A stretch of DNA of 64,000 nucleotides from a virus: the IMG/VR virus record IMGVR_UViG_3300040801_005525, positions 1-64,000 of that record; one strand, written 5' to 3'. Below the pieces are notes generated by a model. The model did no database searches and was not told the origin of the DNA. It saw only the letters and a list, made by a program, of their open reading frames with translations. The translations under genes and the position numbers were made by a program. Below, piece by piece: positions 56,814-64,000 of this stretch. Every line of letters starts with the position of its first letter. The first letter of the stretch is position 1.

Positions 56814-57320
56814 TCACTTCAACCCGTCAGCGAGCTCACGGTCGAGCTCGTCATCAGTGAGCTCGGCGGCAGCCTTCTGCTGGGCGAGCGTGGCGCTCGC
56901 GATCGCCCCGGAGTGCTCGACCTTGTAGGAGGAGCGAAGGTGCGGGAAGAGCCTCTCACCAAGCCACGCATCGGCCTTCCAGTCCACGAGCGCCTTGGCG
57001 TGGGACTTCTCGAGGATCTTTGCGGTGAGGTGTTGCTCGGCGACGGCTCGCGCGTGCGCGCAGCTGTAATAAAACTCGAGGTAGACGGCTTCACTGGCGG
57101 CCTCGGGCGTCGCACACACGACCTCTTCATCGAGGGTGGGGTCGGCTTCAAAGAGCGCCATGAGGCGCTCGGCCTCCTTCTTGCCTCGCGACATCCAGCG
57201 GTGGTAGGCCTGGCGGGTGATGCGATGGAGCCCACACACGACCTCGATGCTCACGGTCTTCTTGAGCTCCTCGGCGATCGCCGAGGTCAGCTCGGGGGTG
57301 CATTTGGTGGGTCGGGCCAT
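56814..57320 (-). CDS. terS: Terminase small subunit
   Basis: MARPTKCTPEL HTH N-terminus, DWKA.AW..ER.FP and KVEHSG. Directly upstream of terL. Confidence 0.8.
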   Translation of the reverse strand: MARPTKCTPELTSAIAEELKKTVSIEVVCGLHRITRQAYHRWMSRGKKEAERLMALFEADPTLDEEVVCATPEAASEAVYLEFYYSCAHARAVAEQHLTAKILEKSHAKALVDWKADAWLGERLFPHLRSSYKVEHSGAIASATLAQQKAAAELTDDELDRELADGLK

Positions 57321-57352
57321 GGTGGTGTGAGGGGGTGTGGAGGAGAGGGGTT

Positions 57353-57547
57353 TTAGTCGCAGAGGATGTCGCGGGTGTCGAGGTAGTCCCGCACCCTCTC
57401 GCTGTGGGGGGGTGGGGGTCCTTTTTTCTTGATCCAGTGAAGGAGCACATCACGGGAGAGGCCAAGCGAGGCAGCCAGATCATCGAGGTCAAGGAGCCCT
57501 AACCGATGAGCCCTGCGCACTCTGCATACAAGACAGCACGAGCTCAT
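57353..57547 (-). CDS. Small HTH protein
   Basis: AAGGAG RBS before ATG 57547. Contains LDDLAASLGLSRDVLLHWIK. Confidence 0.65.
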   Translation of the reverse strand: MSSCCLVCRVRRAHRLGLLDLDDLAASLGLSRDVLLHWIKKKGPPPPHSERVRDYLDTRDILCD

Positions 57548-57591
57548 GGCGGTCAGCGCTCCTTTTTGGTCTTCGATGATGAAGAGGAGGG

Positions 57592-57753
57592 AGATCGAGC
57601 GTGAGCATCCTATGGGGAGGGGAACCACGTCACGAGGGTCACAGGTGGAGAACCCTGTGCGCAAAAGGCTCTGGCTCGTGTAGAGAGAAGGAAGCCAAAG
57701 CCCTGAAGAAATGTGACGCGAGGCCCTTGCCCGCAAGATGTTCAGCACGATCC
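57592..57753 (-). ncRNA. Highly paired structured RNA candidate in the late-operon leader
   Basis: A long irregular helix (GGATCGTGCTGAACATCTT../..AGGATGCTCACGCTCGATCT; CGCGTCAC/GTGACGTG) closes two hairpins (GGCTTTGGCTT/GAGCCAGAGCC; CACAGG/CCTGTG). Confidence 0.55.
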
Positions 57754-57938
57754 TTTCTAAGGAGAGAGATGGCATGGTGAGTCCGTATCGCCTGGCCTGC
57801 TCATCCCGTGGTGTGTGAGGTCTGCGCCTCTACCCTACTGCAACACACCCACGCGTCACGTGCATAATTAATCCATAAAAATCAAAAACTTACACAAATA
57901 AACAAGACTTCTTTGTGCCGTCTAGATTCCTGACGGCA

Positions 57939-58244
57939 TCAGGGAGGCGGGGGGCTCTGCGGCGTGAGCTCGAGCGAGAGCTCCAGGATGCTGATCAGGG
58001 CGCGAGTGCGATCGAGCTCGTCCACGAGCCGGGCCTCTTCGGCCTTCAACACCTCGAGATCACGCTGCGTCTGGCGGGGGCCATAACCGAGCACACGCTC
58101 GGTGCGCTTCCAGTCGAGCACCTTGCTCACCAGGTCACGCACACTCTTTGGGGGGTTGCGGTGCAGATAGCCCGCCCAGAGTCGCGCGGGTTGAGTGCGC
58201 AGCTTCAGGACGACGCGCGCGTAAAGGTAGCGGTCTTTCTTCAT
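57939..58244 (-). CDS. Hypothetical basic protein
   Basis: ATGA overlap with upstream gene. Confidence 0.6.
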   Translation of the reverse strand: MKKDRYLYARVVLKLRTQPARLWAGYLHRNPPKSVRDLVSKVLDWKRTERVLGYGPRQTQRDLEVLKAEEARLVDELDRTRALISILELSLELTPQSPPPP

Positions 58245-58825
58245 CTCACATCCTCTCTTCGTTGCCGGGCAAGGCGTCTTCGCTCCTCGGCGAGCGCGTC
58301 ATCGAGCAGCGCCATCACTTCATCGCTCCATCCAAGGATCTCCTCATCGGGGAGGTGCGCGAGCTCGGGGTGCCGTGTGCGGTGGTTCTTGAGCACGCGC
58401 CCCCTCGTGCAGAAGGTCTGCTTGGGAAAGGGAGGGGCGAGCTTGGCGTGGTCGCTCAACCCGAGCCGACGGCGCTCCTTGCGCCACTCATCGAGCGTGC
58501 CCTGCTGGTGGTTCTCACGCAGCTCCCTGGGAAGCCTTGGCCGATCGCGCAGCCCGTGCACCCAGTCATCGGCGAAGACCTGCCCCTTGTGGGGAGGGAT
58601 GGTCCTGGCGAAGCGCGCGAAGAAGTGGGAGAAGTCAGCCAGGTCAGGCGCCCACCACGGCTCGGGGTCAGGCGGCGTGGAGGTGTCGATCTTCTGGCGC
58701 GCGGTGTCGAACGCGTTGATGGCGCACTGCTCCTGCAAGAGCAGGTACACCAGGACGAAGTGCAGGCCGTTGTGGATGTCTGCGAGCGCGCAGATCTTGA
58801 CGTCATCGTGCATGGGGCATGTCAC
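58241..58825 (-). CDS. Hypothetical protein
   Basis: Typical codon usage. Confidence 0.65.
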   Translation of the reverse strand: MTCPMHDDVKICALADIHNGLHFVLVYLLLQEQCAINAFDTARQKIDTSTPPDPEPWWAPDLADFSHFFARFARTIPPHKGQVFADDWVHGLRDRPRLPRELRENHQQGTLDEWRKERRRLGLSDHAKLAPPFPKQTFCTRGRVLKNHRTRHPELAHLPDEEILGWSDEVMALLDDALAEERRRLARQRREDVR

Positions 58826-58843
58826 ATGAGGGAGGAGTGAGAG

Positions 58844-59065
58844 TCAGGGCAAGGGCGCGCATCCAGCGCGGGCAAGAAGATGGGCACAGTGATCGACGGC
58901 CTCGGCGAGGCTGCACAGCCCGAGGGTCGCAGCGCGGGACGATTCAGCGAGCTGCTCGAGCACAAAGAGGGTGCGCGCCCAGCGCACATCAGGGCGCCTG
59001 TCGATCCATCGCGCAAGCCCTTCGCGCAAGAGTGGCTCTCTCCAGTGATGTCTCGTGTCAATCAT
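58844..59065 (-). CDS. Hypothetical protein
   Basis: GGAG RBS, overlaps upstream stop. Confidence 0.5.
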   Translation of the reverse strand: MIDTRHHWREPLLREGLARWIDRRPDVRWARTLFVLEQLAESSRAATLGLCSLAEAVDHCAHLLARAGCAPLP

Positions 59066-59858
59066 CGAACTCTCCCTGTGCCACGAGCAAGAGCAAGTCT
59101 CTGTGCTGTTGATGTGCTTCATCGACGGTCAAACACTGAACTTGTTCCACAAGGCATCCTCCATGCTTTGTGCCCAGGCCACCTCGCCATACAGATGAGC
59201 TGTACACGTACACATCACGAGTTCGAGAGGTGAAGGGGGTGTAGTCACGTGCGTCTCGGACGCATCGAAGCGTGGACACTGTCAGATCACCCACGCGAAA
59301 CCTCCAACCAGGATATTTGACTCGCGAGAGATCCGCAGGATCGTGCATCCGCAGCATCGGGGGCTGGCGCTGAGCTCGAGCTTTCACCCATTCAATAAGT
59401 CGCACGCTCTTTTCTCTGCCATGGTCTGGACTGCGAAGCCTCCTACAGAGCGCACATGACCTTTCACACTCACGGCCCGGCACATGCTTGAGATGAAGCA
59501 CAGCATCAAGGCGCTGAGGTTTCACGAAGACCCTGATATACACGGATGCGCCGCGCTCTTCATCGAACGTCCTAACATCTTCGACGAGTTCCACGGTCAC
59601 GCCGAGATACGCATCGAGGTAAGGCTCGATGTGTGCGATCAACCAGCGAATGGCATCATCACGCTCATCAGACCACGCGATCTCAAGATAGCCCCCGTGC
59701 ACGTCTCGCTCTTCATCCCACGTCACCTCACAGGTCAAGACATCCAGGCCCTGCCCACCACACGCATGCATGAGCGCCTGCCTGACCTGCATCGCATCTA
59801 CAGACGTGACAACATAGGGCACGTTATCGATGACCTTCACGATACGCTTCACACCCAC
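59058..59858 (-). CDS. Hypothetical protein
   Basis: Operon tiling, GGAGG RBS. Confidence 0.65.
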   Translation of the reverse strand: MGVKRIVKVIDNVPYVVTSVDAMQVRQALMHACGGQGLDVLTCEVTWDEERDVHGGYLEIAWSDERDDAIRWLIAHIEPYLDAYLGVTVELVEDVRTFDEERGASVYIRVFVKPQRLDAVLHLKHVPGRECERSCALCRRLRSPDHGREKSVRLIEWVKARAQRQPPMLRMHDPADLSRVKYPGWRFRVGDLTVSTLRCVRDARDYTPFTSRTRDVYVYSSSVWRGGLGTKHGGCLVEQVQCLTVDEAHQQHRDLLLLVAQGEFDD

Positions 59859-60388
59859 CCTCCCCGCTCACAAGCCTCGCCGCTGACACGCCTTCGCATC
59901 CACGCGATCGCGCGCCCATCACACTCCACCTTTCGAAGGGTGGTGCAGCGATGCCTCGCGAGGAATCCCTTGATGCCCTCGACCCATTCGCCTGGCGTCT
60001 CGTCATAGAAGATCGAGCCCCCACCCACGTACTCGATGCACTCGTGGGAGAGGCCTATCCCCTCCTCTTCGCCGTTGATGACCACGCAGGACGAACCAGA
60101 CACAGACTCATCCTCGGGCCACCACGTCACGTCGAACGGGATGCCACGACGCACCGCGTCGATGAGGAGCTCGCACACGATGGCGAGCTCGCGCTCTGCT
60201 GCGCTCTGTGGCCAGGGCGTGCAGGTACGCCAAGGGGTGGGGAAGGTCGCACATCTGCCATCCCACGCATGCCCACATACCTGGAGTCGTGCACACCGCA
60301 TGACCACGGCGTCACGAGGGCAGGGTTGAGGCACAGGTTCACTCAGCACACCACAGTCCCCTTGAATGCGACACACTACCCCCATCAC
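59849..60388 (-). CDS. Cys-rich hypothetical protein
   Basis: AAGGAGG RBS, GTGA overlap. Confidence 0.6.
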   Translation of the reverse strand: MMGVVCRIQGDCGVLSEPVPQPCPRDAVVMRCARLQVCGHAWDGRCATFPTPWRTCTPWPQSAAERELAIVCELLIDAVRRGIPFDVTWWPEDESVSGSSCVVINGEEEGIGLSHECIEYVGGGSIFYDETPGEWVEGIKGFLARHRCTTLRKVECDGRAIAWMRRRVSGEACERGGWV

Positions 60389-60810
60389 TCCTCCTTCACG
60401 CTCGACAAAGAACCCGACTCGGGCCTCTCCTTGTGAGCACGAACCATTGCCTCATAGCGCGCAATGACTTTCTCCCTGGTACCGTTGTCCTCCAAACCCC
60501 GAAGCGTCACAAACTTCCTGGCGTGCCACCACGCTACCCAGGACATCAGCAATGCGAACCCAACGCAAATCAATGTCGAGATGAGCCTTGCTGTATGGTT
60601 GGGCGCAAAGGGACACACCACAAGCCCGGCTACCCATAGGATCAGAGCAAAGAGGCTCGCAAAGATCATGTCTCCAGCAAGACCCCCCTCCCATCCGATC
60701 CACCAACGCACCCACCACACCGGATGGACCTGACGCGCTGTGTCGAGAGCCACCCCGCGCTCGAGCTTCTTGAGGCGCCTTGTCGTGCGCCATGCCTGCC
60801 ACAAATTCAC
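60385..60810 (-). CDS. Membrane protein
   Basis: AAGGAGG RBS with GTG start, two TM helices. Confidence 0.65.
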   Translation of the reverse strand: MNLWQAWRTTRRLKKLERGVALDTARQVHPVWWVRWWIGWEGGLAGDMIFASLFALILWVAGLVVCPFAPNHTARLISTLICVGFALLMSWVAWWHARKFVTLRGLEDNGTREKVIARYEAMVRAHKERPESGSLSSVKEE

Positions 60811-60980
60811 TCTTCCTCCTTGATGTGTTCGAGCTCGCCGCACGCTGTCTCATGCGTCGCAGCGTGAAGGTGTTCGTTATGCTCCTGATTCTGCTCTTGT
60901 TTCAGAACCTTCGCGTTCCTCTTTCTTCCTCGGGAGCGTGGCCTGTCCCGACTCCTCCTTTTCTTTCGTCGTGTCGCCAT
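60807..60980 (-). CDS. Small Arg-rich protein (57 aa, below ORF-track cutoff)
   Basis: Manual translation MATRRKKRRSRDRPRSRGRKRNAKVLKQEQ...KEEE. GAGGAGG RBS, fills the gap exactly. Confidence 0.6.
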   Translation of the reverse strand: MATRRKKRRSRDRPRSRGRKRNAKVLKQEQNQEHNEHLHAATHETACGELEHIKEEE

Positions 60981-61265
60981 CTATTCCTCCTCTCGATAGG
61001 CGAGGATCGTCCTGTGCGTCTCCTCGCTCGATGTATCAGGAGTCACCTCGGCGTGCTCATCGAGCACCTCACGGGGACTCGCACTCATGACCTCCCAGGG
61101 ATCGGTCGCATAGCGTGCGGTGACATACTCGGGCGTGATGCTCAGCTCGGCGCTCGGCCAGCGCCTCGCCATGTACGCCACCACGGCCTCTTGCGAGGTA
61201 CACAGGGCAAGGAGCCCACCCTCCCGCGTCGCCGAGTTGTAGACAGTCACAGGCCAGATCTTCAC
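60981..61265 (-). CDS. Hypothetical protein
   Basis: GAGGAGG RBS, GTGA overlap. Confidence 0.6.
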   Translation of the reverse strand: MKIWPVTVYNSATREGGLLALCTSQEAVVAYMARRWPSAELSITPEYVTARYATDPWEVMSASPREVLDEHAEVTPDTSSEETHRTILAYREEE

Positions 61266-61762
61266 ATCCCCTCCTCGATCTGCACGAGCACGGGCTGTCG
61301 TGTCACAGGGCACATCGTGTAGTGCGTATGCGGCATGGGCACATGACCGAGCAACGCGAACACCTCGAGGTCTGAGTGATCCTCACCACATCGCGCGCAG
61401 CATCGAATGCCCATCTTGTGCGTGGCAACGGGCATCTTGTGCACCTCGGGCAACTTCATGTGGTCGATCAACTGCCCGCCACGCTCCCTGATGTACCCCA
61501 TCATGAGGGTGGCGAGCCCTCCTGACATGGCCGCACGACTCAGAGGCTCTGGCGGATGAGGCTCGATGCGCGCGATGAGCTCGAGCGCATCGCGCATTCT
61601 GTTGATGCAGGAAGCCACCTCCTGCCACGCGAGCTCGACCTGGTCACTCGTCTTGGGCCACAACCGGCTCTTGGTCTTGAAGCCGCACGCCGTGCACTGG
61701 CTATCCCCATCAGGGCGCCTCTCCATCACGATCTGGTCACTCCCACACTCCGGACAATTCAT
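61262..61762 (-). CDS. Double Zn-ribbon protein
   Basis: CPECG..CTACG and CARCG..H..MCP. Confidence 0.7.
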   Translation of the reverse strand: MNCPECGSDQIVMERRPDGDSQCTACGFKTKSRLWPKTSDQVELAWQEVASCINRMRDALELIARIEPHPPEPLSRAAMSGGLATLMMGYIRERGGQLIDHMKLPEVHKMPVATHKMGIRCCARCGEDHSDLEVFALLGHVPMPHTHYTMCPVTRQPVLVQIEEGM

Positions 61763-62157
61763 GCGGTCTTCTCCTCTTCCATGTCTTTCCCGAGCCCTTC
61801 CTCGAGCTGTTCAATGACCCGTGAGAGCGTCCAGTGCGCCTCTTTGAGATCTTGCAGCGCGCCCTTCCCGCCTGAGCGCTTACCAAGGCACAAGAGCTTC
61901 TTGATGGCATGCGCCACGCCATAGTCTGTCACGTGATAGGCCGCGCACACGTCGTACACATCGATCTGCACGCCACGAATGATCTTGTTGTACGGGTTCT
62001 GCTTCTTTGCCCGGTCGATGTCGAACCCCACAGGGGCAGGCTGTGCAGGCACCGCTTCCGCGAACAAGGGGCGGTTGCATTGATGACACACCTCACCCTC
62101 CTCGCCCATCAAGGGCGGCGCGCCGCACCCCGCGCAACGGATCTTGAACTCACTCAT
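61759..62157 (-). CDS. Zn ribbon plus conserved phage domain (DUF3310-like)
   Basis: CAGCG..CHQC, then IDVYDV..HAIKKLL..GKR..K...QDLKEA...L.R.IE. Confidence 0.65.
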   Translation of the reverse strand: MSEFKIRCAGCGAPPLMGEEGEVCHQCNRPLFAEAVPAQPAPVGFDIDRAKKQNPYNKIIRGVQIDVYDVCAAYHVTDYGVAHAIKKLLCLGKRSGGKGALQDLKEAHWTLSRVIEQLEEGLGKDMEEEKTA

Positions 62158-62546
62158 CCCTTCACCTTTCCAAAGATCGTCCTGTCATCGATGTCTTGAG
62201 CTGCAAACCAGTCTCGAAGACGCCCTGCTGACGCACACGAGAGGGGCGCGTGGAGCTTGAAGCACCCGCTCACGAGCTCCATCGTGAATGCCACCCCCTC
62301 CCCCACCTGCACCCGGCGCATCACGAGCACGTCCCCGTTGCCAAGTGGGAGCTTGATCTCGCCCTCGGGCTGGGGCGCAAGCCAGGGCTCAGGGTCATAC
62401 GTGAACCCGTGTGGGAGGTTCAGCCTGGCGAGCGCTTGCGCGGGGGTCTCCCAGAGGTGATCACACGCGCTGCATTCACAGTGCATCTCATGGTCGTGGT
62501 CCCCCACCGCCCCACACTCTGGGCATGTCATCATGTGCGGAGTCAT
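62154..62546 (-). CDS. Zn-ribbon protein
   Basis: CPECG..CSACDHLW. Confidence 0.65.
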   Translation of the reverse strand: MTPHMMTCPECGAVGDHDHEMHCECSACDHLWETPAQALARLNLPHGFTYDPEPWLAPQPEGEIKLPLGNGDVLVMRRVQVGEGVAFTMELVSGCFKLHAPLSCASAGRLRDWFAAQDIDDRTIFGKVKG

Positions 62547-62549
62547 GCA

Positions 62550-62780
62550 CTATCCCTCGCTGAGCCTTCGAAACTCTGCCTTGAATGCCAAGAAATCGAA
62601 CGCCTCCTTGGTCTTGTCTGGATGCACGACGAGTACGCCTGTCATCGTGAACTTGAGCCGGGTGAGACACGTCGTGATGTAGATGAACCTTTCGATCACC
62701 ACGCGCTCTCCCGTACTCCTGCACTCGTACTCCCCACCCTCCTCGAGGAAGTTCAAGGGATCTGGCACACCGCGATTCAT
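62550..62780 (-). CDS. Hypothetical protein
   Basis: GGAGG RBS, ATGA overlap. Confidence 0.55.
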   Translation of the reverse strand: MNRGVPDPLNFLEEGGEYECRSTGERVVIERFIYITTCLTRLKFTMTGVLVVHPDKTKEAFDFLAFKAEFRRLSEG

Positions 62781-64000
62781 GCATCCTCCCTGGGCGGGCA
62801 CATCGCCCTGAACCCCTTGCAGGGCTCGAAGCGACACGCCACGTCATGGAGCGTCACGTGCTTGCCGCGCGCCATGTCCATCACGACAGGGAGAAGCTCA
62901 GCGTGCGCCTCCTTGCACCTGAGCGCGAGGCCCTTGAAGTAGTCATGATCGCGTGGCGCATCACCCCACAGAGTGTCCCAGCGAAGGAGCATGCCTCCCG
63001 CACACGCTTTCAAGCCCGTCACGCCGATCTTCCACACCTTGAACGCCTCGAAGTGCGCGGCGTACTCCGCCATGAGCTCCTCCTCGTGCAACCCCTGCTC
63101 GAGCAGGTAGGTCTTGAACGCCTCCCATGTGTCGAGCTGGGCGTTCCAGCACGTCTCCACCACGCGCTTGTAGGAGCAGTCGAACTTGAGCGCATGCATG
63201 CGCACGTAGGCTTGCGTCTTGACCTTGACCCGGTGCACGACCTCGCCGTTTTGCTCGAGCTGCACGACGAGCCCCTCGTGCAAGCCGCTCTTCATCTCGA
63301 CTGAAAAGATGGCATCCTCGATGCTGCCGCTGTAACGCTCGGGCAAGGGAAGGGCGAGGTGCACGCTCAACCCCTCCATCGCCTCAAAGCCCATGTAGTG
63401 ACCCCATGGATGCTCGGCGTCAGGGTGCACATAGACGGCATGGAGCACGAGCCCCGTCAACTGCCCGTAGCGCGTGATGATCCTGTTCTCGGGGTGAATG
63501 AGCTCACAGATGAGCGTCTTGCCGTACACGTACCTGGGGTCGAGCGCGCTCGCGTCATGCGAGGTGAGGATCGCGCGCGCCGCTTCCACGAAGCTCCACC
63601 CGGTCAAACCCTGTGTGCCCTCCCCTGCCCCGCGTGTGGCGAGCAGCACCTCTCCCTCATGCTCGAAGATCTGGATCATCGTGCCATCGAGCTTCTCGCA
63701 GAGCACGGCCTGGGCGCCCTCGTCGAGCAGGGTGTCGTGCAGGGTCGTGGCCGCCTGATGCAGCCCCAGGTTGTACATCTTGACGAGCGGGAGGCTCACC
63801 ACGCGGTAGGGATCGCGCGCGTACACGATGCCCTTTGAGAGCAGCTCGTGAGGCTTCGCTGGCTCGGGGAGTTGCGGGCCACAGGTCGCCACGATCAGGC
63901 CATGGGCCATCTCGCGCTTCTTGATGCGGGGATCGGCGTCGATCTCGCGGAGCACACCGTGAGGGCACTCGGTCAAGGTCCTGAGCAGGTAGGGGATGTG
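62777..64000 (-). CDS. RNA ligase, T4 Rnl1-like (5' end probably outside window)
   Basis: KMYN, motif I EKLDGT, ATRG, ELIHPENRII, EGLVV and VKVKT..Y. The frame is open to the window edge (HIPYLLRTLTEC). Confidence 0.85.
   Translation of the reverse strand, partial: HIPYLLRTLTECPHGVLREIDADPRIKKREMAHGLIVATCGPQLPEPAKPHELLSKGIVYARDPYRVVSLPLVKMYNLGLHQAATTLHDTLLDEGAQAVLCEKLDGTMIQIFEHEGEVLLATRGAGEGTQGLTGWSFVEAARAILTSHDASALDPRYVYGKTLICELIHPENRIITRYGQLTGLVLHAVYVHPDAEHPWGHYMGFEAMEGLSVHLALPLPERYSGSIEDAIFSVEMKSGLHEGLVVQLEQNGEVVHRVKVKTQAYVRMHALKFDCSYKRVVETCWNAQLDTWEAFKTYLLEQGLHEEELMAEYAAHFEAFKVWKIGVTGLKACAGGMLLRWDTLWGDAPRDHDYFKGLALRCKEAHAELLPVVMDMARGKHVTLHDVACRFEPCKGFRAMCPPREDA

Larger units (their letters stand above)
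1..64000. mobile_element. Tailed bacteriophage/prophage genome segment (siphovirus-like, HK97-type head; possibly a plasmid-prophage), incomplete at both ends
   Basis: Ordered terS-terL-portal-protease-MCP-tail tube-chaperone-TMP-lysis module. No sheath gene. Repressor with divergent promoter, ParA, and dense small translationally coupled ORFs. No host core genes. Confidence 0.95.

Noticed and set aside
57548-57775. N-terminal extension of the 140-aa ORF 57353-57775
   Set aside because: Atypical Ser/Leu-rich composition, a good RBS precedes the internal ATG at 57547, and the region is better explained by RNA structure.
1-64000. CRISPR array, integrase/att site, transposase, reverse transcriptase/DGR, tail sheath
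   Set aside because: No repeat-spacer array or diagnostic motifs were seen by eye. Short or diverged cases could have been missed.
1-64000. Naming the host taxon
   Set aside because: High GC, CsrA style and CTC-GAG bias suggest a deltaproteobacterial/Myxococcota-like host, but no host DNA is present to support it.

Overview
The whole 64-kb window is one GC-rich tailed-phage (siphovirus-like) genome segment, cut off at both ends, with no host housekeeping DNA and no integrase visible. From left to right it contains: (i) a minus-strand unit with a truncated ParA/Soj ATPase, two exported or membrane proteins and an XRE repressor (1-1723); (ii) a long plus-strand early/middle operon (2089-21717) with many small hypothetical genes, CsrA, a DNA-modification trio (Mom-family, TGT/DpdA-like, C5 methyltransferase), a STAS-like protein, HNH, SLOG, a metallophosphoesterase, ThyA and Dcd; (iii) an accessory block with a ribbon-helix-helix protein, a DUF4942-like protein, an HTH fused to a degenerate DnaB, and an operator-controlled HTH operon (21733-29966); (iv) a minus-strand late operon (57320 to 30133) running through terminase, HK97-type portal, protease and capsid, head-tail genes, tail tube, a frameshifted tail chaperone, tape measure, tail tip proteins and a membrane-rich lysis module with a CHAP-like endolysin; (v) more minus-strand hypotheticals and a truncated Rnl1-type RNA ligase. 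The least explained features are an 85-nt tRNA-shaped cloverleaf at the end of the late operon, a roughly 160-260-nt highly paired RNA at its start, the Mom/TGT-like/Dcm cluster, the HTH-DnaB lacking its arginine finger, and six unrelated proteins sharing an N-terminal G-[DE]-[LVI]-R-[SA] motif. All family assignments come from motif recognition by eye, and RNA structures were paired by hand. No searches were run.
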